Under the pieces are notes generated by a model. It was not told where the DNA came from. It worked only from the letters and a program-made list of their open reading frames with translations, and made no database searches. Of a stretch of 64,000 nucleotides of DNA, positions 27,010 through 37,784 are shown piece by piece. Numbering within the stretch: position 1 is the stretch's first letter; each line of letters opens with the position of its first letter. The position numbers and the translations under genes were made by a program. The DNA comes from an uncultured Actinomycetes bacterium (GTDB lineage Bacteria; Actinomycetota; UBA4738; HRBIN12), in assembly GCA_963704885.1 (NCBI GenBank), contig CAVPIB010000007.1, positions 201,975 to 265,974 on the forward strand, written 5' to 3'.

Positions 27010-28140
27010 ATGACCCGCGCCGGGAATGACACTCGACCTGTGGGTCCGAAGGTGGAGCTGGCTGGAGTCGTTGGGAGACCGATCGAGGAGGTGGCGACGC
27101 CGGCGCTCGTACTGGACCTAGCCGCCGCCCGTCGCAACATCGCCGCCATGGCCGAACGGATGGCGGCGCTCCCGGCCGGCCTGCGACCTCACATCAAGGT
27201 GCACAAATGCGCGGAGCTGGCGCGGATGCAGATCGCAGCGGGGGCTCTCGGCGTCACCGCCGCGACCGTGTCGGAGGCCGTGGCGATGGTGGATGCTGGC
27301 GTCACCGACGTGCTGGTCGCGAACCAGGTCGTATCTCCAGTATCGGTCGCCCGGCTGCTGGACGCGGCGGGCCGAGCCCGCGTGCTGGTGGCGATCGACG
27401 ACCGGCGCAACCTGGAGATGCTTGGCCTCGCCGCGATCGGGGCGGGGGTCGAGCTGGGAGTGCTGATCGAGCTCGACGTCGGACTCGGACGCGGGGGCGT
27501 TCGGTCGGTGGATGAAGTCGTGCGTCTTGCCGGGCTCGCGACCGAGACGCCAGGCGTGATCTTCGACGGACTCATGGGGTACGAAGGCCATTGTGCCAGC
27601 GAACCCGATCCGAAGATCCGGACCGAGGCGGCCACGCGAAGCATGGAGCTGCTGGCGTCCGCGGCCGATCGCTGTCGTGACGCTCGGCTCGTGGTTTCAA
27701 CCGTTTCAGCAGGAGCCACGGGGACGTTCGAGATCACGGCCAACGCCCGCGCCGTCACCGAGGTGCAAGCTGGTTCCTACGTCGTGATGGATCGCTTCCA
27801 TGAGGCGCTCGTCTCTGGGTTCGAGACCGCCCTGACCGTCATGGCCACCGTGACCGGGCGTCACGACGATCTGCTCGTGCTCGACGCCGGCCGCAAGTCG
27901 ATCGATGTCAGCCTGCGTCCGCTCCAACCCTCGGATCCGCGTGCCACGCTCGCATTCATCCATGAGGAACACGTGGGAATCCGCTACGAGGGACCGGCTC
28001 CGGGGTCCGTGGGTGATCGCGTGAGCTTCGTACCGGGATACGCTCCCACGACGGTCAACCTGTTCGGTGCCTACCACGTCGTCGAGGACGGCTACGTCGT
28101 AGACGTATGGCCGGTGCTAGCGCGACACGGGGCTCCGTGA
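27010..28140 (+). CDS. alanine racemase N-terminal domain protein (DSD1 / D-threonine aldolase-like PLP enzyme)
   Basis: PLP-Lys motif PHIKVHKC, TIM-barrel order, and a C-terminal beta domain ending HVVEDGYVVDVW. Confidence 0.85.
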   Translation: MTRAGNDTRPVGPKVELAGVVGRPIEEVATPALVLDLAAARRNIAAMAERMAALPAGLRPHIKVHKCAELARMQIAAGALGVTAATVSEAVAMVDAGVTDVLVANQVVSPVSVARLLDAAGRARVLVAIDDRRNLEMLGLAAIGAGVELGVLIELDVGLGRGGVRSVDEVVRLAGLATETPGVIFDGLMGYEGHCASEPDPKIRTEAATRSMELLASAADRCRDARLVVSTVSAGATGTFEITANARAVTEVQAGSYVVMDRFHEALVSGFETALTVMATVTGRHDDLLVLDAGRKSIDVSLRPLQPSDPRATLAFIHEEHVGIRYEGPAPGSVGDRVSFVPGYAPTTVNLFGAYHVVEDGYVVDVWPVLARHGAP

Positions 28141-29808
28141 AGGCGGGGTGGTTCTCCGCCGAGCTCGAGGGCGCCGACCTGACGCAGCTCCGATGGGGTG
28201 GACTCGAGATCGCTTCGTCGATCCAGGTGACCGTGAGAGATGAGCGGTGGGGCACGCTCCGGCCGGCGTTAGTGACCGCCGAGGTGAGCGAGGACGCCGA
28301 TCGGTTCTCGGTGAGTCTCGAGGCGACACACGGCGACGACGTCTTGGCGTGGACCGGAACCATCCACGCCTCCGCCGACGGAACACTTGGATTCGACGTG
28401 AACGCGATCGCCAAGCGTGAGTTCGTGTACCGCCGGATGGGGATCTGCGTCCAGCATCCCTGGGCGTCGCATGTTGGCGCGCGGTACGAAGCCTCCGGCG
28501 TCGGCACTGCCGCGACCGGCACCTTCCCCTCGGATATCGCGCCCCAACCTTTGGTCGACGGACACCTCGCTCCCTTCGTACCCGCGTTCAAGGAACTCTC
28601 GATCCGGTTCCCCACGGGTGTTGACGCGGGCTACGTCTTCGAAGGTGAGGACGATGGGTTCGAGCTCGAGGACCAACGCAACTGGACCGACGCCTCGTTC
28701 AAGACCTATCCGACGCCGCTGAAACGGTCGCTCCCGAGGCGGCTCCAGCCGGCGATCGGTGGACCCAGAGGTTACGGCTCACCGTCAGAGGACCCGCTCC
28801 GGGGTCGGCGGCCACCGATGGGCCGGTAACGATCGAGATCGGCTCCCCAACGGGCGGCCACATGCCGTCGATCGGCGTAACGGCACGCGCCGGACCTGTC
28901 GATCCGGGCGCGCTCCGCAGGCTGCAGCCCGCTCATCTGCGCGTAACGGTAGAACCACCTGATCGTGATCGGGTCGTGCGGCGAGCCACTTCCCTCGCGA
29001 GGGAGATCGGCGTTCCGCTGGAGCTCGTTCTCCTGTTCGATGACGAACCCGAAGGGGCGGACCTGCTCGGCAAGGCCCTCGAGGACGCCCCCCTCGCCCG
29101 GGTCCTCGCTCTACGCCGAGACGGCGTCACGACCGACGGGCGTTTCGTTGCTAGGGCGCGGCCCGATCTTCCTTCGAACGGAGCGGGGTTCTTCGGTGGC
29201 ACAGCCTCGCACTTCTCGGAGCTGAATCGCTTGAGGCCTTCGCCCGATGGGATGGACGGGGTCGCGCTGGCGATGTCTCCACAGGCGCACACGATAGATG
29301 AGCGATCGATGGTGGAAACGCTCGAGATTCAAGGGCAGATCGTGAGGCAGGTGAGCGGTTTCTCCCGTGGCCTGCCCGTTGCGGTCTCGCCGGTGACCCT
29401 GGCCGCCCGTGAACCTCCCCATGAGCAGGTTCCGATCGACCACCGCGTGGGCTCCTCGTTCGGCGCTGCTTGGACCGCGGGCTCGGTGGCGAACCTGCGG
29501 CCGCTGGCGTCTCGTCCGTGACGCTGCACGAGGCCGTCGATCGCACGTACTTGGGCTCTGCTCAACTCAGCCGCGTCTTCAGCGAGCTCGCAGCGAGGCG
29601 CGGTTCCACGCTGCACGAGGTCTCATCGTCCGAGCCACGACGGGCCCTGGCGATCGCCGCAACCGGCGCACCTGTAATGCTCGTCAACCTGACGCCGGAG
29701 TCGTGCGAGGTCAGGCTCCGAGGCGTCGTGTCGGGGAGCGGACCCTCGCGCCCTACGAGGTGGCGGCGCTCGACCTGTCCCCGTGATAGTGGGGATTCAT
29801 CGACATGA
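28137..29808 (+). pseudogene. hypothetical gene spread over three successive -1 frames (28107-28829, 28862-29521, 29470-29808): probably a single frameshifted gene of about 550 aa
   Basis: Three same-strand ORFs with no intergenic space and consistent codon bias; the frame shifts 0 to 2 to 1. No family could be assigned. Confidence 0.35.
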
Positions 29809-30477
29809 CGTGCTCGAGCATCCGCAGGCGGGCAAGCTCGCCGTCCCCGGAGGCGATCGCGTCGCGGATGCGTGTGTGCTGGTCCAGTTCCCAGTGTGCG
29901 TATCCCTCGGCGGTCTGATAGAGCTGCGGGCCAAGCTCGAAGGCCAACCTGAAGAACGGGCGGACGATGCTCGATAGGACCCGGTTCTTCGCGGCATCGG
30001 CAACCAGCAGGTGGAACTGCGAGGCCTCGACTATGGGCCGCTTCAACTCATCCGAGCGAGCGCGGTGTGGGTCCAGCACGTCCTGCATGGCGGTCGGGTC
30101 CGGATTCGTCCGGCGATCCGCAGCCAGGCGTGACAGCTCGGCCTCGATGAATCGCCGAGCCTCGAGGATCTCCGGTGTGATCACCTTCGGCTCGGCGTTC
30201 GTCTCGTCTTTCGAGATCGGCGGATGCTCCGCCACGAACACGCCCTGGCCGTGCCGGATCTCGATGACGCCGATCATGGCCAGTCCGTTCAACGCTTCGC
30301 GGACCGTCGATCGGACCGCACCCCAGTCGTTGCGTGAGCTCGCGTTCGGCCGGCAGGCGAGTGCCCGGAGAGAGGTCTTTGACGGCGTCTAGGATCTGCT
30401 GCGCGACCGTCTCGGCCAGCTTCTTGCGTGGAGCCTGGTTTGATCTGTAAGGCGGGGATCTCGTAGTTCACGGCCAT
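29753..30477 (-). pseudogene. GntR family (FadR/FCD C-terminal domain) transcriptional regulator, HTH disrupted by at least two frameshifts
   Basis: The N-terminus MAVNYEIP, then APRKKLAETVAQQILDAVKDLSPGTRLPAERELTQRLG, then AVRSTVREALNGLAMIGVIEIRHGQGVFV are in three different frames; one shift falls at a GGGG run. The FCD domain (29753-30292) is in a single frame. Confidence 0.6.
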
Positions 30478-30479
30478 CG

Positions 30480-30999
30480 AGTCTAGCCCGTTGCCCTGCT
30501 CGGTCCCAGGACGCGCCCGCTCGATGAACTCGGTCTGGGCGCCATCGGGATCGGACACGTAGGCGCCCTTCCCTCCCGCGTAGGCGCCAGGTCCATGTCG
30601 ATAGGCTCCGCGGTGCGCGAACGCACGCCGGCAGCCCGCAGCTTGGCCAAGGTGATCGTCAGATCGTCCACCAGGAGCGAGAGGTGTGACCGTCCCGGCT
30701 CGTTCTCTGCACCCGTCGGAAGGGAAGTCCCGACGGGACGCCGGTACTGCATCAGGTCGACGGAGGTGCCCCCAGGGATCTTCGGCTCAGCCCATTCGAT
30801 CTTGGTTCGGTCCAAAGCGGCCGACCTGTCGATCTGGTCCCACTCGATGGCGCCGCGCCCAACCACTTCCAGGCCCAGGAGATAGCCAGAAGGTGAGCGA
30901 ACGCTCGATGTCGCTCACCGTGGCGCCGAAGTGATCGACGCCCGTGACCCCACCCGCCATCGACCTGCCTCCTGACCCGTGACGCCGGTGACGTCTCAA
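30480..30999 (-). pseudogene. VOC (glyoxalase/bleomycin-resistance/dioxygenase) family gene, frameshifted
   Basis: N-terminal MAGGVTGVDHFGATVSDIERSLTFW, middle RSHLSLLVDDLTITLAKLRAAGV and C-terminal SDPDGAQTEFIE lie in three frames. There is no stop codon before the GntR coding start. Confidence 0.5.
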
Positions 31000-31022
31000 C
31001 AGAGCGGATGACCTGCTGAACT

Positions 31023-31998
31023 GTGAACGATGCTACCATGCGCCACATCGGTAAGACCGAGGCGCCGTCGCGCGCGGCAGCCTTCGAGCTTCTGGTGCTG
31101 ATCCGCCGCTTCGAAGAGGCGGCGAGACGCCTTTCTCTTTCCGCTTCGCTTCCGGGGGCTGTGCATCTCGCGACGGGGCGTGAGGCGGTGAGCGTTGGGG
31201 TCGGCTCGGGGATCGAACCTACGGACTGGGTAGCTTGTGCCTATCGGGGTCACGGACACGCTCTGACAGCCGGAGTGACTCCGCGCGCCCTCATGGCGGA
31301 GCTACTCGGTCGAGAGACCGGCATCTACGGTGGCCGTGCGGGATCGATGAACATCGTGGATCGCGAGCACCGATTGCTCGGTTCGATCGGGATGATCGGC
31401 GGAAGCATCGCTGGCGCAACGGGGGCCGGACTGTCGCTTCGCGGCGCGGGCGCGGCCGCGATCGCGATCTTCGGTGACGGGGCGGTGGATCAGGCGTACT
31501 TCCTCGAATGCCTCAATCTCAGCAGCGGTGCTGTCCCTCCCGGTTCTGTTCGTGTGCGAGAACGATCTGTACAGCGAGTGCACCCGCACCGATGTCGTCA
31601 CCGGAGGCTCCGTCGCCGATCGCGCCAGGGCCATCGAAGTCGTCGCCGAGGTGGTGGACGGCATGGACGTGCGAGAAGTCGAAGCCGGGTAGCGAGCTCG
31701 CGCTCGAGGAGGTTCGGCGGGGTACCGGGCCCCGGTTCGTGGAGGCGAGACCTATCGGTTCGTGCCGCGCAGCCGAGCGATCCCGTTGCCTGCCAGCCTC
31801 CGACGAGGTCGAGCGATGGAAGGCGCGCGATCAGATCGATCAGGAGCGCGTCCGCCTGCTCGCCGAGGGCGCGGATGCAGGCGAGCTGGAATTGGCTGGC
31901 GCGATCGATCGATGAGCAGGTCAAGGCCGCGATCGCGGCCGCGTTCGAGGATCCGATCCCGGAGTGGGGTAACTCCTGGACGGAGAGTTCGTCTGAGC
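31023..31998 (+). pseudogene. 2-oxoacid (pyruvate/acetoin/branched-chain) dehydrogenase E1 component alpha subunit, TPP-dependent, with at least 3 frameshifts
   Basis: YRGHGHALTAGV and GDGAVDQAYFLECLNLS in one frame, LPVLFVCENDLYSE..VREVEAG in a second, and GTGPRFVEARP / ETYRF / DEVERWKARDQIDQ switching between frames again. Confidence 0.75.
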
Positions 31999-32007
31999 GC
32001 CGGATCG

Positions 32008-32955
32008 ATGTGGATCAGGGATGCCCTTCACGCCGCCCTCGCGGACGAGTTGTCCGCGGACGCGTCCGTAATCTTGTTGCGCGAAGACATCGGCATGGCC
32101 GGCGGCGTCTTCGCCGTCACGAGCGGTCTCATAGAGCGGTTCGGCCCGGAGCGGGTGATCGATGCGCCGATCTCCGAGCTGGCTCTGACCGGGGCAGGGA
32201 ACGGCGCGCCGTGACCGGGTCGCGTCCGGTGGTGGAGATCATGTTCGGCGACTTCGTGGCGCTGGCGATGCGGTACACTCCTGGAACAGGCCGCGAAGTA
32301 TGCGTTCGTCTCGAACGGGCAGGGCGGCGTACCGATAGTTGTCCGATGCGCCGTCGGAGGCGGGGCGCGCATCGAGGAGATGAACTCGCAGGTCCCTGCG
32401 TCGTGGTTCATGGGGCGTTCCAGGCCTGAAGATCATAGCTTCGAGCGATGCGGCGTCTGCCTACGTTCTGTTGCGGGCGTCGATCCGCGATGACAACTAG
32501 GTCGTCTTCATGGAGCGCGAGATGCTCTATTCGGAGAAGGGTTGGAGTTGGAACGACGAGCCGAATGCCGATCGAGCGCGCCGCGATCGATCGCGACGGG
32601 ACGGACGTCACCATCGTCACAGCCATGCGATGGACACTTGATGCCGTCGAGGCGGCCGGGCGGCTGAGCGCTCGAGAACGGGATCGAGGCGGCCGTGAAT
32701 CGAGTCTCCGATTCCTTCGTCCTCTCGACATCGGGACGATCATGTCCTCGCTGTCGATCGCCGAACCGCGCGATGGTCGTGGAAGAGGGGCCGAAGACCG
32801 GAGGATCGACGAGTGAGGTCGTCGCTTCGATCGACGAGACCGCCTCGGGGTGAGCTGGAGGACCTCTGGCGCCTGACGTCGCCTGACCTGCCGACACCAT
32901 TCAGCGCGCCGTTGGAGGACGACTTCCTGCCGCGGGTTGACGCGGTCGTCGGATC
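32008..32955 (+). pseudogene. 2-oxoacid dehydrogenase E1 component beta subunit, with at least 3 frameshifts
   Basis: MWIRDALHAALADELSADASVILLREDIGMAGGVFAVTSGLIERFGPERVIDAPISE, then RPVVEIMFGDF, QAAKYAFVSNGQGGVPIVVRCAVGGGA, PIERAAIDRDGTDVTIVTAM, MVVEEGPKTGGSTSEVVASIDE and RVDAVVGSIL in alternating frames. Confidence 0.75.
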
Positions 32956-32977
32956 GATCCTGAGCACGCCTGACCGG

Positions 32978-33960
32978 TCAGCGGCGAGCCGCGATCGCCT
33001 CTTCGGCGGCCGCCGACGCGGCGCCGGCCGTCAGGCCGTGCGTTTCGGCGACGTAGTCGTTGGTGCGAACGAGCAGAACTCGTCTCGCACGCCCACGCGG
33101 CCGCACGGGCGCCCCGACCCCTTCGCGCGCGAGCACCTCCGACACGCAAGAGAACGATCCGCCGATGGTCGAGTGGATCTCGGCCGTCACCAGCGCGCCC
33201 GTCTCGTGCGCGAGCGCGAGCAGCGCTGCGCCGTCGAACGGCTTGATGGTGGACATCTTCGACGCGGCGGCCGATACGCCCTGGTCTGCAAGCGCCGTCG
33301 CGGCATCGAGCGAGCGACGCACCATCACGCCGCTGGTGACGATACCCACGTCGGTCCCCTCGTGCAGGATCTGCCCCTCACCGATCCATGAACGTGTGGC
33401 TTCCCTCTCCACGTATGGCGTCTCGCGGCCGAGCGGCTCGCGCAGGTGCACCGGACCCTCGAAGTAAACGAGCGCGTGCGTTGCCTCGGCCGTCTCGGCG
33501 TTGTCGCACGGGTCGATCACGGTCATGTTCGGCAGCGCTCGCATGTGCGCCAGGTCGTAGAATTCCTGGTGCGTCGGGCCGAACGTCGGGTGGATTTCCG
33601 GAAGCGCGGCCACTATCTCACGTTCGCACGGTTCAGCGCACATTGGATGGCTATGAAGTCGAGAGCTCGGCGCGTGGCGAACACGGCGAACGTGGTGGCG
33701 ACCGGTGTGAACCCTGCCTTCCACAGACCCACCGCCACGCTGATCAGGTTCTCCTCGGCCATGCCGACGTTGATGAACCGATCCGGGAACGCCTGGGCGA
33801 ACGGGTGTAGTCCCGTGACGCCGGCGACGTCGGCGGAGAGCGTGACCACGTCTGGCCGGCGTTCGCCGATCTCCAGGATCGCGTGACCGAACGGGCCGGA
33901 CTTCGCCAAGACGACCGGGTCGACCGGTGGATGGCCCAGTGCCGGCAGCGTGTCGCTCAC
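32978..33960 (-). pseudogene. tktB: split transketolase C-terminal subunit (TktB-like), frameshifted
   Basis: The N-terminal part FPDRFINVGMAEENLISVAVGLWKAGFTPVATTFAVFATRRALDFI (frame of 33613-34014) and the C-terminal part PTHQEFYDLAHMRALPNMTVIDPCD...TIKPFD (frame of 32978-34060) are in different frames. GTGA overlap with the tktA stop. Confidence 0.7.
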
Positions 33961-34800
33961 GTGGGTAGACTTCCAGCTGGCGCGTGACCGCGTCCCACTC
34001 GTCGTCGTCCACACGGACGAAGTGATTGCGTTCGCGCTCCATGATCAAGCGGAACGCCACATCCGAGCGTGGTGCGACAGACCACGGCCTTCGGTCGACC
34101 GGTCACCTCACGCGCCCGATCGAACGCGCCCAGCAGCGCCGCGATGTCGTTGCCGTCGACCTCGTCCACCCACCAGCCGAACGCGCGCCACTTCTCAGCG
34201 TGCGGCTCGATCTCCAGGACCAGGTCGCCATCGGCCTGAACGCGATTGACGTCGAATTCGTTCACCAGGTTGTCAAGGCCTTGCGCCGCGGCGAACATCG
34301 CCGACTCCCAGGTGGAGCCCTCCTGGACCTCTCCGTCGGACATGAAGTTGAAGACGCGCGCCGGGTGGCCCTTCAGGCGGAGCCCGATCGCCAGGCCCGC
34401 CGCCACACCAAGGCCGTGCGCGAGTGAGCCGCCCGTCATTTCGATTGAACGGAGGGTGCCCCTCGTACGTGGACATGATGAGCGTGGTGCCGTCGGCACC
34501 GTAGGTGTCAAGATCCTCGCCCCCCAAGTGGCCTGCCTCCGCGAGTGCGGCCCACAGTCCGATGGAGTAGTGGCCCGCCGAGTAGATCAGGCGATCGATA
34601 TCGGGAGAGCGGTCGACCGGGTCGTAGCGCATCTCAGATAGGAGTAGGACGGCGAGGATGTCGGCCACGTCCAGTCCCTGACCCACGTATCCCTCACCTT
34701 TGCCGGCGGACATCCGCACGACGTTCTTGCGTATCTGCTTTGCTCGGGTACGGAGCTCGTCTATGGACGCGCCAGTTGATCTTCGCTTCGGTTGCAGATG
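33957..34800 (-). pseudogene. tktA: split transketolase N-terminal subunit (TktA-like, TPP-binding), with at least 2 frameshifts
   Basis: KQIRKNVVRMSAGKGEGYVGQGLDVADILAVLL...SAGHYSIGLWAALAE in one frame and GSLAHGLGVAAGLAIG...MSDGEVQEGSTWE...AFGWWVDEVDGNDI in another. No clean start codon in any frame. Confidence 0.65.
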
Positions 34801-34903
34801 CCCTCCTAGTCAGAAGGTGAGCAGATAACCTGCTGACTCTCAGTATACGATGGCTGGAGATCGGGGTCGACCGGGCCGGGACGCCCGGCCGTAGGCTTAG
34901 CCC

Positions 34904-35785
34904 GTGATCGTGCACCTGGTGGACGGGACGTACGAGCTGTTCCGCTACCACTTCGGGGTGCCGTCACACGTGACCGACGACGGCCGCGAGGTCGCCGCCA
35001 CGCGAGGGGTGCTCGGCTCCATGCTCTCCATGCTCGAGGGCGGTGCTACCCACGTGGGTATCGCCACCGATCACGTCATCGAGTCGTTCCGCAACGCGTT
35101 GCTCGAGAGCTACAAGACGGGCGAGGGCGTCGATCCCGTGCTCCGCTCGCAGTTCGAGCTGCTCGAAGACACGCTGAGGGCAGTCGGGTTCTGCGTGTGG
35201 CCGATGGAGGACTACGAGGCCGACGACGCACTCGGTTCGGCCGCGGCAGTGGCCGCTGCCGACATAAGGGTCGAGCGGGTGATCATCTGCACGCCCGACA
35301 AGGATCTGGGCCAGTGCGTCAGCGCCGACGGGCGGGTCGTGCAGTTCGACCGGCGGAAGGAGTCGCTGACCGACTTCGCCGGCGTCGTCGCGAAGTTCGG
35401 AGTGGAGCCTGAGAGCATCCCGGACTATCTGGCTCTGGTCGGCGACACGGCCGATGGGATCCCCGGCGTGCCCGGCTGGGGGGCGAAGACCTCGGCCACG
35501 GTGCTGGCCCGCTACCGGCATCTGGAAGACATCCCGCTACAGGCGGGCCTCTGGGACATCTCCGTGCGGGGGAGGGCGAACCTGCTGCGAACGCTGGCCG
35601 ATCGGTTCGAGGACGCGTTCCTCTACCGGCGGCTGGCGACGATCGACACGAACGCGCCGACGATCAGTGACGTCGAGGAGCTCGAGTGGACGGGTCCGGC
35701 CGAGGGCTTCGAGGAGTCGCTGAGGGCGATCGACGCCGATGGGTCCATCGCGCGCATCATGAGGCTCACCGACACGCGCGGTTGA
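34904..35785 (+). CDS. 5'-3' exonuclease (Pol I-type 5' nuclease / flap endonuclease domain protein)
   Basis: MIVHLVDGTYELFRYHFG..., EADDALGS, and an H3TH region GDTADGIPGVPGWGAKTSATVL. Intact 293 aa. Confidence 0.85.
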   Translation: MIVHLVDGTYELFRYHFGVPSHVTDDGREVAATRGVLGSMLSMLEGGATHVGIATDHVIESFRNALLESYKTGEGVDPVLRSQFELLEDTLRAVGFCVWPMEDYEADDALGSAAAVAAADIRVERVIICTPDKDLGQCVSADGRVVQFDRRKESLTDFAGVVAKFGVEPESIPDYLALVGDTADGIPGVPGWGAKTSATVLARYRHLEDIPLQAGLWDISVRGRANLLRTLADRFEDAFLYRRLATIDTNAPTISDVEELEWTGPAEGFEESLRAIDADGSIARIMRLTDTRG

Positions 35786-35873
35786 GCGATCGTCCTCCCG
35801 GGTCGGCGACGCTGTTTCCGACCGGGGGCCACGTCACGCTAGGCTCTTTGCCTTCGCCGGAGGGAGCCGAGAC

Positions 35874-36986
35874 ATGCCGACACGCCACACGCCATACCAC
35901 CAGCGGTTCATGGAGCTCGGGGCTGAGATGGGGGACCGGATCGGGTTCGACGCGGCGGTCGTGTTCTCATCGACCGAGAAGGAGCACCTGGCCACGCGCG
36001 AAGGCGTGGGGCTGTACGACGTCTACTACCAGGGGCCCATCGACATCAAAGGGCCGGACGCGCAGGCGCTCCTGGACCATGTGCTGGCGCGTGACGTGCC
36101 GCGGCGGTTGGCCACCGACGGTCAGGTGCTCTACTCCTCGGTCTGTAGCGCGGAGGGCGGGATGATCGACGACCTCACCGCTTACCGACTGGGACCTGAG
36201 CACTACTGGCTGATCGCCACGCCGGCCCGCGCCGAGATCGTCGGACTCACGTGACCGAGCACGCACGCGATCGCCGCGCCTTCGTGACCAACTGCATCTC
36301 GGGCACTGCGTATCTGTCCGTGCAGGGCCCGGGTTCGCGCGAGCTGCTCGCGCCGCTCGCGGAGGCGGATCTGTCGACCGACCGGCTCCCCTACTTCAGG
36401 TGTGTTCGAACCGTGGTCGCCGACGTGCCCACCCTCGTGTCGCGCACGGGCTACTCGGGCGAGCTGGGGTACGAGCTCTACTACCCGCGCGACTACGCGC
36501 TCCACATGTGGGACACGCTCACGAACGCCGGCGCCACGCCGTGCGGGCTGGGGGCGCTGCGCAGCGTTCGCATGGAGAAGAAGTACCCGCTCTACGGCCT
36601 GGACGTTAGCGAGACCACGTCGCCGCTGGAGGCGGGTCTGGGATGGGCGGTCGACCTGGATGGGTCGGACTTCATGGGACGCGACGCGCTGATGCGTCAG
36701 CGCGATGAGGGGATCGCACGGCTCCTCACGGGGATCGAGTTCCCCGACCTGTCGTTCGTCCCGTCCGCTGGGGACGCCGTGGCGACCGCCGACGGCGAGC
36801 CGCTCGGCACGCTCACGTCCGCGGACCGCGGCTGGTTCCTGGGCAAGGCGCTGGCGATGGGCTATCTGCCGTTCGACCTCGCCCGGTTCCACCGTCACGG
36901 TGACCTCGGCCGACGGCACCCGGGGCGAGGGCGTGACTTCGGATCGACCGTTCTACGACCCGGACGGAACGCGCGTCCGCGCTTAG
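35874..36986 (+). pseudogene. gcvT: glycine cleavage system T protein / aminomethyltransferase family gene split over three frames (35874-36254, 36251-about 36900, 36705-36986)
   Basis: YDVYYQGPIDIKGPDA (N), LSVQGPGSRELL..VSRTGYSGELGYELYYP..LRSVRMEKKYPLYGLD..EAGLGW (middle) and MGYLPFDLA..VTVTSADGTRGEGVTSDRPFYDPDGTRVRA (C) in frames shifted by 1 nt each. Confidence 0.7.
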
Positions 36987-36997
36987 GGTGCCTGGCG

Positions 36998-37688
36998 ATG
37001 AGCGCATGGAATGTTCTCGGCAGGCGCGCCCTGGTGACGGGCGGCAACCGTGGCATCGGCCTGGAGGTCGTGCGGCTCTTGGGTCCGCATTGGCTTGGAG
37101 GTCTTCCTAGGCTCGCGCGATCCGGACGCGGGGGCGACCGCCGCCTCGGCGCTCGGATCGCCGGGTGTCACACCGGTTCGCATCGACGTAGCCGACCCCT
37201 CGAGCGTGATGGCCGCTCACGATTCACTGGCGCCGGCCGGTATCGACGTGCTGGTCAACAACGCCGCGGTCAACCCACGAGGTCGGGTGACGCCGGAGGA
37301 GGCCGACCGGGCTTGGCAGGTGAACACGCTGGGGTGTTGGCGCGTGACACAGGCGTTCCTGACGCCGATGCGTGAGCACGGCTGGGGCCGGATCGTGAAC
37401 GTCTCTTCCGAGGTGGCCGCGAACGCGCATGAGCAGCGGGGTGGGGGCATCTACGCCGCGACGAAGATCGCTCTGAACGTCATGACTCGCGCGCTCGCAG
37501 AAGATCTAGAAGGGACCGGGATCTTGGTGAACGCGATCAGTCCGGGGTGGTGCCGATCGGACATGGGTGGGGCGAGTGCACCGCGATCGGTCGAGCAGGG
37601 TGCTGCGAGCATCGTCTGGGGTGTGACGCTCCTCGACGACGGTCCGTCCGGAGGCTACTTCCAGGACGGCGAACCGTTCGCCTGGTAG
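36998..37688 (+). pseudogene. SDR family oxidoreductase with a frameshift near 37080
   Basis: MSAWNVLGRRALVTGGNRGIGLEVVRLL in one frame; VFLGSRDPDAG...VLVNNAAVN...YAATKIALN...PGW in the next. The near-duplicate segments IGLEVV and IGLEVF flank the shift. Confidence 0.65.
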
Positions 37689-37784
37689 CGGCGAGCGCGA
37701 ACCTTGTCGATATCCGCCGGGGCCCTTCGTCGTAGAGGGTGACGGTCCCGCGCCGGGACCCGCGAACCGCAAGGAGGGGATGGC

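Noticed and set aside
36251-37375. 374-aa ORF treated as one protein
   Set aside because: It is the middle segment of frameshifted gcvT, then read-through in a wrong frame across the SDR N-terminus.
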